Of a DNA stretch of 64,000 nt, positions 14,657 to 26,681 are shown piece by piece. Below the pieces are notes generated by a model. The model worked only from the letters and a program-made list of their open reading frames with translations. It made no database searches and was not told where the DNA came from. Source of the stretch: Octopus sinensis. Lineage: Eukaryota. A program made the translations under genes and the position numbers. Each line of letters opens with the position of its first letter. Position 1 is the first letter of the stretch. Location: positions 52,452,001 through 52,516,000 of the forward strand of contig NC_043000.1 in assembly GCF_006345805.1 (NCBI RefSeq), read 5' to 3'.

Positions 14657-15514
14657 AATATAAAGAGAATAGCAATTCCGCATCACTAGCCAGTCACGTA
14701 CACCATCGAATAAATAGAAAAATACAGTATATAATTTCCTGGTCTCTGGGCCAGCACTCCAATTGTGGACCACGAATAACACTCACATACTAACCACCAT
14801 TATCGTTAACACAAACCCCTGTGTATCTCTTCTAGAAATCTTACTTCATTACTTTATAAGATAGATGTTAACTCCTTTAATTTATTTACAAATCTTAACC
14901 TAATAAATCTCCTAATAATTAATTCTAACACATATTCCAAATATTTTAACATTCAACTGATTTCCCCAATCACGACTACCTACATTCCCATACCCCCATA
15001 GCTAAAAATATTTCTACAGCCACTGACCTTAGTCAGAAGCACTTACTACTAGATTTCCTCTCCAACCCTAGAGACTAGAAGAATATTACTGACACCTTAT
15101 ATTCTCTTTGAATTCCTTTCATTTTTTTTTACGTCATCTTCCTTTACCTCTTCCTCCTCTCTACTTATTTACCCTTATATATTTATTTATCTTCTTGGTT
15201 AATTTATATACACAATATCCTTATACACTGTATCCTTATATAGCTTTTTTATCCTTAATGCCAATCCTTAATTTTTCCCCCACTCTCTCTACCTATCTTT
15301 CTATTTATATATTTACACTATTAGGACTTTCACCTACATGGATTTACACAAGATTGCACATAAGGACTTATGGACTTACCGCTATTTGATCGGAAAGTTG
15401 AACTGTGAACTTTTACGCTTCTTTTTTCTTTTCCTTCTTCATCTCTTTATTCCTTTTCTCTTGTCCTCTGTGTCGTCATTTCATTAATTTATACCTTTCT
15501 CATTTTCCCTATTT

Positions 15515-15570
15515 GTCTCCGATAACGGAATATCTCATACTATGGGATATCCCAGAAACAGCTGTAAGAC
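15515..15570 (+). ncRNA. Minimal type I hammerhead ribozyme motif, core mutated, in a PLE-like 3' end
   Basis: GTCT-CCGATAA-C-GGAATATCTC-ATACTAT-GGGATATCCC-A-GAAA-CAGCTG-TA-AGAC. Stem I GTCT/AGAC, long stem II, palindromic stem III ACAGCTGT, GUA cleavage triplet. Core is CCGAUAA instead of CUGAUGA. The element ends ~85 nt later in (TA)n. Confidence 0.65.
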
Positions 15571-15683
15571 TTATAGCTTTAATTTTTTTCGATAATAATA
15601 ACGTATGACTTGAGATGTTTGTCTTGCCTTAACGTTTTTGTCCTCTTTAACAATTATATGTATATATATATATATATTATATA

Positions 15684-15714
<31 letters not shown>

Positions 15715-15761
15715 CATACATATATGTATATATACATATATATATATTATATATACATACA

Positions 15762-15799
<38 letters not shown>

Positions 15800-15880
15800 A
15801 ACATACATATATGTATATATACATATATATATATACATATATGTATATATATATACATATACATATACATATATATATGT

Positions 15881-15924
<44 letters not shown>

Positions 15925-16272
15925 GTGTGTGTGGTGTGTGTATGTGTGTGTGTGTGTGTGGAAGTGTGTGTGTGCGTGTCTGTGTTTACAATTTCAGTAT
16001 TCAAGTGAATCAGATACTTAAATACTAAATCACCAAGTTCCGGTCAGTGATACCGCTATCGAGCAAAAACTATATTTTATAATGAATTCATTATTTTATC
16101 ATTTTGTTCATGTATATATTTTTCAAAATTCCTGACGTGAAATTGTATGTTGAAATAGATATTTTTATATTTCGGGGAAGGTTATTTTTTTGCCAAATGA
16201 ACACACGCACGATATTTTCGAGTTTTACTTCAGATTTATTATTGTTCTTATTTTATGTCCTTTATAATCTTT

Positions 16273-16799
16273 GTCACACATCCTGTGACCACTTCTGCGA
16301 CTCCCCATCCCACATATCACCTTTTCTATTTAGTTCATTCGATCCTTCTATGGAGTGTCTCCTTATCTGCACATACGATTGTGTGTATGTGCGTGCATGC
16401 GTGCGACTGTGTTTGCATGTTTATGTGTTTTGTATGTGTGCTTATGAGTTTGCTTATAATACTGTTTATATCTGTGTCATTTATTTAGTATTTTTCCATT
16501 CATTTCTTATTTATCACTATATTTTTCCATTTCGTTTTAGGAATGTGTATGTGTTTTTTTTCTTTTTGTGTGTGTATACAAATGTATGTAGTATACTACT
16601 TGTATCTGTGATTTTGCCTTTCCTTCTCTTCTGTCTTTAGTTATCAGGTTGCGTAGTATGATTGTATTGTTCCATTCTCTGTATTATTAAGTGGGTGATC
16701 TCTGCAATCTGGGAGCCCACACATATAGCAATAGACTAAACAGAACAGAGGGAGACACGTGGGATGGGGAGTCACTGAGGAGATCACATGATTCATGAC
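16273..16799. repeat. Diverged ~60-bp inverted repeat pair
   Basis: GACTCCCCATCCCAC (~16299-16313) is the exact reverse complement of GTGGGATGGGGAGTC (16759-16773). Looser pairing extends over 16273-16334 versus 16735-16799. Confidence 0.5.
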
Positions 16800-18024
16800 G
16801 TATAATTACTTGTGGAGATTTAACAAATATTTGTCTATCTATCTTTCTACGTATCCCTTTAGCAATTGATACTGAATAATATCATAATTATATTTAACAT
16901 GATGAATATACATATATATATATTTGCACATGGCATACACACACACACACATACACACATACACACACGCCACACACACACATACATATGTGGTGGAAGA
17001 AAGGTATAAAAAATCAAACTGCTGTATGGTGAGCGTCCCGACGATCCATAATAATGTTTGTAGATTAATTCCATCAGAGAATGCGCCCGGATGGATGCAT
17101 TTAACATAGGACGAGACAAGCCTCCATTTTTAGGGAAGATATCTTACATTTGAAATCTTGAAGCAGAGAGATTCAAAGATAGAATAATTAAATGTGGAGA
17201 GCTAAGTGTATTATAGAGGGGAACTGGGGTAATATTAACGTAGAGAATAGTGAGAGGAGAAAAGATATTTCAAGAGTAATGGGTTAATAAAGAGGCTTGT
17301 ACGGAGAAGAGTAGTAGAGCTGGAGAGTAGGACGATGAGGGGAGGGTGGGGTTGGTAATATGTGAATGGTAGACTATTGTGTTAATTTGGTTGGAAAGGT
17401 ATAGAATTAATGGTTTAGTTAGTGAGAAAAAAGAATGGCAATTATTAAACTGAAGTAAGGTGAATAGGTCAGTGGCTGAGTGAGATTACAAAAGTATGTA
17501 GAAAGGTATGAGAGAAGATAGAGGGGTGGAGAGACCGGTTGGAGGTGAGCTGATAGCCCATATAGTGATGGCTAGTGGGATAATAAATTTGGGTGGCATT
17601 CGAGGTGAAGTACAGTGGTATGCAGAGGTGTATGAAATTGAACACAGGGAAATGAATATAGAGTGGGGTAGAGGTTGACAGGTTAGTATCCAAAAGAGTG
17701 GGATTGGTAAGGAGGGGAAAGAGGAGATCACTTGTGAGGGAGGTAACTATGCGAAAGAATAGTTTAATAGTTTAACAACTGTTGGATTTGTAATAGCTTT
17801 CTTCAACCAATTTAATTTTCTATATCAGTTGCACTCTGTGTAAGTTGGACCTTTATATATCTATACATATATACATATTTTGTATGTCATGTATTTAATT
17901 GACTTTATATATTGATCTATCTAATTTCCTTGTCCCCACTTTTGCTTCTATACCCGCTCAAGTTTCAATGTTCTGAGCACTACTAAGTGTATTCAATACG
18001 GAGAACACATGAATCTCATCTATG

Positions 18025-18116
<92 letters not shown>

Positions 18117-18347
18117 TTAAAATTACTAAGTCTCTCTAAAAGAGAACAGCGGCAGCGTTCCCGGAAAATAATAGTTATCGCCATACTAATATGGCATTCT
18201 TATAAAAATAAGAAAAAAATAAGAAAAAAGCTGTCCGCTTATTAGCTCCATGAGGCCATCGCCTTAAGTTAGCTATTTGATACACAAACTGTATCCATAT
18301 AACCTTCGAACGAGGGAGGTCAGTCGCTCCACACTACTTGACCGGCA

Positions 18348-18389
18348 GCTACAGACGCGTTTCGGAGTATTGCCCCTTTTCAATGCAGC
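18348..18389 (-). ncRNA. Minimal type I hammerhead ribozyme, U3-A8 core variant
   Basis: Minus strand: GCUGCA-UUGAAAA-GGGG-CAAUA-CUCC-GAAA-CGCG-UC-UGUAGC. 6-bp stem I, 4-bp stem II closed by G10.1-C11.1, palindromic ACGCGU stem III, GUC cleavage triplet. Confidence 0.8.
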
Positions 18390-18715
18390 GTAGCCAGCCA
18401 GTAGGTGTCGCTTCCGACAATCTCTGTTCGATGGTTTTATTTACCTAGTTTCGGTGGAATACATCCACTTGTTTTCAATAATAGAAATATTAAAATTACT
18501 AAGTCTCTCTAAAAGAGAACAGCGGCAGCTTTCCCGGAAAATAATAGTTATCGCCATACTAATATGGCATTCTTATAAAAATAAGAAAAAAATAAGAAAA
18601 AAGCTGTCCGCTTATTAGCTCCATGAGGCCATCGCCTTAAGTTAGCTATTTGATACACAAACTGTATCCATATAACCTTCGAACAAGGGAGGTCAGTCGC
18701 TCTACTTGACCGGCA

Positions 18716-18757
18716 GCTACAGACGCGTTTCGGAGTATTGCCCCTTTTCAATGCAGC
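18716..18757 (-). ncRNA. Minimal type I hammerhead ribozyme, U3-A8 core variant (second tandem copy)
   Basis: Identical in sequence to the motif at 18348-18389. Confidence 0.8.
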
Positions 18758-18764
18758 GTAGCCC

Positions 18765-19080
18765 TTCAGTCATTTGACTGCGACCATGCTGGAGCACCGC
18801 CTTTAATCGAGCAACTCGACCCCGGGACTTATTCTTTTGTAAGCCCAGTACTTATTATATCGGTCTCTTTTGCCGAACCGCTAAGTAACGGGGACATAAA
18901 CACACCAGCATCGGTTGTCAAGCAATGCTAGGGGACAAACAGACACACAAATACACACAGGCATTGGTCGGCCCGAGGCTATAGTAGAAGACCCTTGCCC
19001 AAGGTGCCACGCAGTGGGACTGAACCCGGAACCATGTGGTTGGTAGACAAGCTACTTACCACACAGCCACTCCTGCGCCT
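18765..19080 (-). mobile_element. tRNA-derived SINE family A with internal deletion
   Basis: Minus-strand head AGGCGCAGGAGTGGCTGTGTGG (A box) ... GGTTCAGTCCC (B box); tail GGTGCTCCAGCATGGTCGCAGTCAAATGACTGAA. Confidence 0.88.
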
Positions 19081-19097
19081 ATGTATATATATGTATG

Positions 19098-19144
<47 letters not shown>

Positions 19145-19264
19145 CACAGGCAGAAACAATTACGATCCAGTTGAATTCATCTTAAACGTCTTATTTCAAA
19201 TAAACAATCATTCAAGTAAGTTTATGTACACAATATATAACGTTACTTTTGTTTTATTCTTTTA

Positions 19265-19480
19265 TTTGTTTCAGTCATTTGACTGCGGCCACGCTGGTGC
19301 ACCGCCTTTAGTCGGAAAAATCGACCTCAGTACTGATTCTTTGTAAACCGAGTACTTATTCTACCGGTCTGTGTTGCCGAACCGCTAGATAAAGGGGACG
19401 TACTTGCAGGAACATCAGATGTCAAGCAATGGTGAGGGTACAAACACAGACACTTTAACACACACATCACATACATACAC
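19265..19480 (-). mobile_element. 3' half of a family A SINE
   Basis: TTTCAGTCATTTGACTGCGGCCACGCTGGTGCACCGCC...GCCGAACCGCTA matches the reverse complement of the 3671-4111 tail. Confidence 0.75.
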
Positions 19481-19499
19481 ACACACACATATCCATGTT

Positions 19500-19695
19500 G
19501 ATCCTTGGCCATATTTTTCCTCGTCTTCCTTTTCTCTTAGACTAAGTCATATTTCTGAAGAAGAGCTTTGCTCGTAACATAAAGCTACCTACCTTTTCTT
19601 CCCTAAGCGTCTGTTAATAATTTGCATGTACGATGTCCTCGCGTTGTTGTTATTTTCTTGTATTTTTTCGTTGTTTTGTTTTTTCTGATTAATTA
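19500..19695 (+). mobile_element. PLE-like 3' end with a degenerate hammerhead motif (19551-19584)
   Basis: TTT-CTGAAGA-A-GAGC-TTT-GCTC-GTAAC-ATAAAG: CUGAAGA core and perfect GAGC/GCTC stem II, but GAAA is mutated to GTAA. Pyrimidine-rich tail ends in TA-rich sequence. Confidence 0.5.
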
Positions 19696-19728
19696 TACGT
19701 ATAGATATATATACATCAATCATCAATA

Positions 19729-20283
19729 TCTATAAATCTGACCTGCGAAAAGTTTGTTTTTCTGGTTTTGGAATTGGAACGGGTTAAAGGGCACTAGATC
19801 CCGTCGGATTGACTCCAAAATTTATAGAGACATGTAAAATGAGGTGAGGATGTGAATGGGCTAGGTTAGAAATCCCTATCTTAGGGCAAAAAACGCACAC
19901 TTTGACAAGTCTTCTCTCATTCTCTTATCTGTATGTCTTTCTCCGTCTCTGTGTCTTTCCTCCCTTCCATTCACATTCTCTCTTCCATTCTCCTCCCTTC
20001 CATTCACGTCGTTTGATATGGTCTACTATCTTTCCCCCGCCGCTTTCACTCTTTCTTCCACATCCCCACTCTTTCTCTCTACGTTTGTCTGCATTCATAG
20101 ATAGAATTATTATCGCCACAACCACAACACAATCATGAGAACAAATATTATGAATCAGATATTTATTGGGTTAATTTATATATATATATATGTGTGTGTG
20201 TGTTATATATATAAATCTGTATATATAATGTATGTATACAAAGTGTATATATCTGTATTTATATATATATATATGCGTATATA

Positions 20284-20328
<45 letters not shown>

Positions 20329-20680
20329 TATATATATAAATATTTGAGTAGTTGAATGAATTATCTTATTAAGGATAATTCGGTTAACCGATCCCTGGGT
20401 AGCAAATTCACGTCAGAAAAACACGGTTGAAGCTACATGCCTAGGGCAGAGATCACGTGCTTTCGTGTGGAAATTTGTGTGTTTTGGGCTCCGTGTTGGC
20501 AGTCATCTAAAAGTTTTTGTGCATCTTGATGATGACATAAGTTCCTTGTTTTTCCTCACGAGAAGGCGGCATAATGCACCCCTTATTCCTTCGAAATTAG
20601 GAATATGCAGCATTCGAAACATATGTCGAAAATAAAGGAATTTTGTTAATTCGTCTTTCAACTCCATTCTTTCATTTATT

Positions 20681-20724
<44 letters not shown>

Positions 20725-21600
20725 GTGTACATTATGTGGTCGGTTGAGCTGAAAATATGCACACCTATGTTAAAAGTGCTGGCGAGTTTGCATGCCAACT
20801 ATTCTTTTCCTCAAATGAAAGGCGTAACCTCTAGAACAAAATTCCTCATCTTATAAAATGTGACCCGAGTTACCTGAATCAAATCGGGTTATATTAACCA
20901 AAATGTGAAAAGGGGTCTAAATTGGGCTGGAAGGGGATTAAAATTTACAGAAATGGTTGTTTAGGAATTCTCTGTTACATCAAGCTAAAAGATTTGCGCC
21001 AGCCTTTAAATCCTCAATGTGTTACCGTCCATGATGAAGTTTTGAATGCTTGCATTTGTGAGTCTACTGTCGTGAGAAAGAATCACTTCAAAACTTGATG
21101 TTTAGAAATTTTCTTTTACATCAAGTTCAAAATTTTACGCCAGCCGTTAAACTGCCACTACGTTGCTGTCCGTCGTTAAGAATTGCCAGCCATGGTGACT
21201 CTACTATCCTCGGATTCTATCCCTTCAAACTTTAGTTTCCAATATTTTTTAGATTTATTCAGCTCGCAAGTTCGTCTGTCCTGTTTAAATGCTAGTGTAT
21301 TGCTGTCTGCCTTGAAGCAGACCTTTCCGTTGCCACTGCCTGATATTTATGATTGATCTTTGAAAATATTTCCTTTCTCAACTTACTCAAGAGTTTTGTT
21401 GTTTATAAATGGGAGAGAAATGGATAGAGAAAGATAGAGAGTAAGAGAAAGTGAGGGAGAATCCGAGGAAAAGGAAGAGTAAGAAAGTGAGAAAATGAGA
21501 GAGAAACAAAGAGAGAGAATGTGGTGATAAAAAACAGAAAGGAAGCAACAGAAAGTAAGAACCACACTCTTACCCGCACGTAGAGCAGGTCACCTTAAGC
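19729..21600 (+). mobile_element. Non-autonomous Helitron-like element, copy 1
   Basis: A|TC start at 19729. About 1 kb is homologous to 42630-43959 (e.g. ATTATGTGGTCGGTTGAGCTGAAAATATGCACACCTATGTTAAAAGTGCTGGCGAGTTTGCATG is shared). Imperfect 3' hairpin ACCCGCACGTAGAGCAGGT; the terminal CTAG is missing in this copy. Confidence 0.6.
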
Positions 21601-21614
21601 GCATATATATATAT

Positions 21615-21779
21615 ACGTCGGGTTTCTTTCAGTTTCAATCTGCCAATTCCACTCACAAGGATTTGGTCGACCGGAGGGTGTAGTAGAAAACACTTGCCTA
21701 AGGTGCCAGGCAGTTGGACCTAACCCGGAACCCCGTGGTTGGTAAGCAAGCTACGTACCACACAACCACGCTTGCGCGT
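21615..21779 (-). mobile_element. 5' half of a family A SINE
   Basis: Reverse complement of the head: AACCCGGAACCCCGTGGTTGGTAAGCAAGCTACGTACCACACAACCACGCTTGCGCGT. Confidence 0.8.
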
Positions 21780-24430
21780 ATGCATATTGGTCTTTCAGTA
21801 ATACGAATTTTACTGAGGTCAGAAGCAAATATGCCAATGATAATAATAAATGGATTATTAACTTCTATTTGCATCAAGTCACGAGGGCAAAATGCAACTA
21901 AAAAAGCTTTGTAGCCAATGAAACAGTTGAAGAAGGAACCGGTATGGAAATATATAAGTAGAATGATTACAAACACATCGAAATATTATTATTAGTTATC
22001 GAAATTTGAATGGTTGCCAAAAGACTGTTAGTAAATGTGTCACATATTGATATATGAATGGATTGATTTATGAATGGAACACTTTCATAAATAATCGCGT
22101 GTTATTTCCATATCATATCTGTAAAATATATAAAAACGAGGAAATGTTACTGCCGTTTTTGTGTTGATGACTGACTGTTTTTTACAATATGTCACCATCG
22201 TTGAGATTGCAGCAAATCAATTATGTGGAAAACTATTTCAGCCAATTGTTATTTAGAAATTTCTCAGTAAATATTGACGAAATAATCTCCAAAATTCACT
22301 AGTTGTGATCTTTTGTTCAATAAGCTATAATAGGATGTTATGCTTCTCCAGCGGACTATCACTCTACTGTAAAGCAATTTATGTGAAGAGGTCACATATT
22401 CTATATCCGTTTAATATATTTGAATATGTTTTCATTGTTTGACAGTATGGTTAGATCGCCAATCTGTCTCACAATATTAGTTCCTTACGCTCTCAATTCG
22501 AAGGCCACTGAGTTCAATTTTGGCTTCTATGCTGCCGAGTCAATAAAATAACGCACTTGTCAATTACTGTAGTCGATATAAGCGAATGTGTTCCTGTTAC
22601 TCAAAATTATATAGACACAGCTAGCATAACAAAATAATATTAGCATATCTTAAACACTTGCTAAATTTAGTGCTGTGCTGAATCATAGGCTTTTATTTTG
22701 CCAAATCTATAACAAGATGTAGTGATTATGGACTTTTAGGGCTGTTTGAGATTGGGGAGATTGTTACCAAGAATGTGGCCTTTATACTTGCAGATTGGCT
22801 CTTCCTTGTCACTCATGAGCACAAGGATGAAACTGCAAGAAAAGGACTAGATTTAAGGGTTCGAGTAGAGCCTATGAGGCTGGAAACAAGATGATTGAAG
22901 AAAGGAGGGTAAAACAAGTGGAATATCTAGTTCAGTATTGCTCATGTTTAAAACGGATAGATTGATTGCCTGTGTATATTTATGCAAGCATTATTTTAAT
23001 ATATTTTTTTTTCAGTGCGGCTTTTATAGCTATTTGATTGACAGTCTTAGAAAGAAAACATGATTTTGGAAGTTTGCTGCAATGGAGTAGAGATGTTTCC
23101 TGCACAAGTATACTGAAATCTTTGCTATGTATACAGGCTATGGAAGCAGTAATCTGTTCTGTGCAACCTTCCTTTCTTTATAGATATGTCTATTGACCAA
23201 CTTAGTTAATAACTTGAAAAACATTCCGTAAAGTTTACTTCCATTCTACAGGATTTATAAAATAAGTGAAACTCGGTGTATATGGCATGACATTTATTTC
23301 AATATTTGTTACAATTTCCTCAACTCTTGAGTGAACAATTACACACCATGTCTATAGCGTTGACAATAGCGACGGTTTAGTCATACATATTATGTAGTAT
23401 ATATATAAGAAAACTGGCAGTTGTTTCTGCAGAACTAAATGGATAAAGTAATACTTATTCAATCGGTTTTAGAGAACAACTGCCGGCTGCATAATATATT
23501 CTACACTAAATTATGGTTAGAATCATGAATACCTGCATATCTGATGTATGTTTAGTAACCTAGAATTTTTGAAATAATTGTAAACCACAGATCATGTATT
23601 ATAACATTAACCACATTTTCACTTTTTATATATGTATGTATGCATGTATGTGTATATGAATATATATATACATACGCACACACACATATGTAAATATAAA
23701 TAAATCAATATATATATACCAACCCTTGGATGTCTTCCTGAATAGCTGGTATGAGGTGTTTAATCCTTGATCGCATGAAAAGAAGTACATCCTATCGTAT
23801 GTGCCCGCCCCTCCATGACTGCAACCACAGGGCCCCTGCTTCGACCCTCTCCCCAACGACATCCCACCAATGCGGCCGAGCTCGACAAGCAGAGTTTGAC
23901 CAAAGCACACACCAATGCACCCATGTACACACACGTACCCCACTATAAGGCAGACACCACACAAAATAAACTTCCCCTACACCTGCACACAAATTGTACC
24001 CCTGCACATGCACAGACCCCCCCCACATACATAACACTTTACAAACCGCACGCTAACAGAAAACACACAACTTTATCCTTTACAGAAAGAAAACAGACCA
24101 ATGAACACACCTATATATACCTACACAACCAGATAAAAATATGCATATGACACTATTACACATATTACACACCCCATCCCCACAGGCGCACCACATTAAT
24201 AATACACATCTTCTCCACTTAAAGATAACTCTTGCCTACTTAACAGTATACTCAACGTAGGGACATAACTTCTAACCTAATCCCTTGACCTCTTTTTCGT
24301 TTTACCACTTTTTTCACAGCAGCCAATGACCGGTTGTGCTAACTCCTCTCCGACTATAAGAGAGCTGTCGCCATATTCCCTTCTATATCGGCTAACTGTG
24401 ATGAACGTAAAGTTATATAATCGGATTGTT

Positions 24431-24674
24431 GTTCTATATTTTAGAGATGAGGTATTCTGTACATTATTTACATTATTTACATTCAACGGTTATTTGTCCT
24501 CATCTGGTTTGTTGTTACCACAACGTTTCGGCTGATTTACTCTCCAGCCTTCACCAGGTGTCCTGGTAGAATTTTGAGTCGAACACTGGGTTCCGATTCC
24601 CAAGGTATTTTTTTTGCTGATGTTATAATTATAATAATTATTTCAAGGCACTGCCTGGAATTTCACTCGGAATC
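24431..24674 (-). mobile_element. SINE family C (tRNA head plus hammerhead-bearing tail), 5'-truncated, left arm of an inverted dimer
   Basis: Minus strand: B-box remnant GAGTGAAATTCCAGGCAGTG ... ACAC-CUGGUGA-A-GGCUG-(10 nt)-CAGCC-GAAA-CGUU-GUGG ... GATGAGGACAAATAACCGTTGAATGTAAAT...CCTCATCTCTAAAATATAGAAC. Homologous to 24679-24906 and 59884-60054. Confidence 0.75.
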
Positions 24675-24678
24675 CCAC

Positions 24679-24906
24679 GGGCATATAGCGTAATGGTTAA
24701 GAGCGGGGGCTACTAACACCAAGATTTCGAGTCCAATTTCAGACAGTTCCTTGAATAGATAATAATAACCTTAGCAGAAAGAACCCTGGGTTGGGTTCAA
24801 AATTCTACCAGGAAAGCTGATGAAGGCTGGAGGGTAAATCGTCGGAAACGTTGTCGTAACGACAAACAAGATGAGTACACAAATCCGTTCAATGTAAATG
24901 ATGTAA
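24679..24906 (+). mobile_element. SINE family C with tRNA-like head, right arm of an inverted dimer
   Basis: GGGCATATAGCGTAATGGTTAAGAGC has the A box TAGCGTAATGG, then a CTACTAA anticodon-loop-like stretch and a degenerate B box GAGTCCAATTTC. CTGATGA (24817-24823) ... GAAACGTT (24845-24852). A 14-bp direct repeat ATAATCGGATTGTT at 24417-24430 and 24907-24920 flanks both arms. Confidence 0.8.
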
Positions 24907-25039
24907 ATAATCGGATTGTTACCAAAACGCTCCATTGTATTCCTTACACGAAACCAATTTGTAAGACCAGCCGTTATGGCTATTTAATACTATACTTTTC
25001 GGATATCTATCTATCTATCTTATTTATTTTTATTTTACC

Positions 25040-25179
25040 CCCCCCCTTTTGTCCTCTTTCTTTCCTTTTACGATCCCTTTTGATCGAAAACCAATCCCCT
25101 TTTTTTACCCCCAAAAAGAAAAGCTCTACCTTGTAATTTGTCCTGTCTGTGTGCAGCCCTGTGTGGCTAATAAAGAAAC
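25040..25179 (+). mobile_element. Probable LINE or SINE 3' tail
   Basis: TTGTCCTGTCTGTGTGCAGCCCTGTGTGGCTAATAAAGAAA resembles the family B tail TTGTCCCCTCTGTGTTTAAACCCATGTGGGCAATAAAG and is followed by a (TATC)n tail. Confidence 0.4.
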
Positions 25180-25180
25180 A

Positions 25181-25187
25181 TATCTAA

Positions 25188-25271
<84 letters not shown>

Positions 25272-25405
25272 GTCTGTCTATCTATCTATCTATATATCTA
25301 GCTACCTACCTACCTACCTACCTACCTACATACCTACCTACCTACCTACCTACCGACCTACCTACCTACCTACCTACATACATACATACATACATACATA
25401 CATAC
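25181..25405. repeat. Compound tetranucleotide microsatellite (TATC)n-(TACC)n-(TACA)n
   Basis: Directly visible. Confidence 0.95.
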
Positions 25406-26639
25406 CTATTAGGCATAAAATAATCTGCCTGAAAAATTCCAACACACCATTAACTATAATAAAATATAGTCGTGGCAAAATATAACATCGCAATAAGTGT
25501 TAGATGCCCAATACCTTATGACGCAATATCCTTTTAAGAATTATTGCGTTTTAGATTCTAAAACTATACTGTCACGAGATGCACAAGATCTAAGGTCATA
25601 AATAGACATATCGTAGATGCATTGATTGACTTCAATGATATAAATATTTAAAAAAGGTTAATTTGTGTGCTGTATTTAAGTATTTGGGTTTTCTATTTAC
25701 AACACAGCGACCGTAATTTCCCATCATGAATGGATGTAATAAAATAAATACTGCGAAAATAACAAAATTAAAAACGATCCTATGAAGCTAAAGCGTCATG
25801 GAAGAACAGAAGAAAAATATTTAAATCCCAACTGAGATTTGTGCACGAGTGAAGAAAGCGATACATATGTCATTGAAAATTCGATGCCATTGAAAATATC
25901 TTTATTGTACATTTAAATGTATTGTGTGCGTGTTTTCTGAAACTACCATTTTGGTATTAGTTGCTAAATATATTCATTCATAAAGCTAGGCGTTTATTGT
26001 CACTCATAAGCTTATATATGCAAACAGTATGTTTATGTATTTCCGGATTACGACAACTGCAGAATATCTCTCGCAAAATGAACGTACATTTCATTCCGTA
26101 TGAATTGAATTTACGCATCTAAATTCATACACTTTTTTCCTCTCTTGTACGCTTTTAAGTTCCTTGCATGCAAACCAGAAATTGATATTAAATTATCGAA
26201 CAAAAATATACGATGAGCAAAGTCGTTACTTCGTATAATAGAGAAACATTGCTGACAGTTCGTGCTTCTTGTATTTTAAGAGAGCGTTAATGTAGTTTAT
26301 CTGAATGACTTTCATTCAACTGGGTCAAAGATTCATGTTTCACTCAGATGCAGAATTTGACATACGGAGGGTAACAAGTTTGCTTCTTGTATAATGGAAA
26401 AGTAATCTTTAGCGAGAGCATAATTACTTTAATATAATTCTTATTCGAGGTTAAAATTTCTGCAGCAAAATTTGATGGCCCTCTGATATATGAATATTTA
26501 ATGAAAAATATTTAGATATGTTCCGTTGCGCAATGCCTATTGATGTCAGATTCATTATACTGCGCATGCGTGGTGTTAGTAATTATTCATTTTTCGATGC
26601 TTAATTCTTATGATTTAATAACATACTATTAATGATAAG

Positions 26640-26681
<42 letters not shown>

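Larger units (their letters stand above)
18108..18762 (-). repeat. Tandem ~370-bp repeat (1 full and 1 partial unit), each unit with a hammerhead ribozyme; retrozyme/PLE pseudo-LTR-like
   Basis: GAAATATTAAAATTACTAAGTC starts at 18111 and 18484 (373 bp apart). The units are nearly identical (a few substitutions, one 5-nt indel). On the minus strand the 3' end runs into (TA)n; the 5' end abuts a family A SINE at 18765. Confidence 0.85.

Noticed and set aside
22682-22895. ~70-codon open stretch (LFEIGEIVTKNVAFILADWLFLV...) as a host exon
   Set aside because: No recognisable family and no convincing splice-site pair.
24679-24750. tRNA gene
   Set aside because: Degenerate T arm and acceptor stem, and it continues into the family C body, so it is a SINE head.
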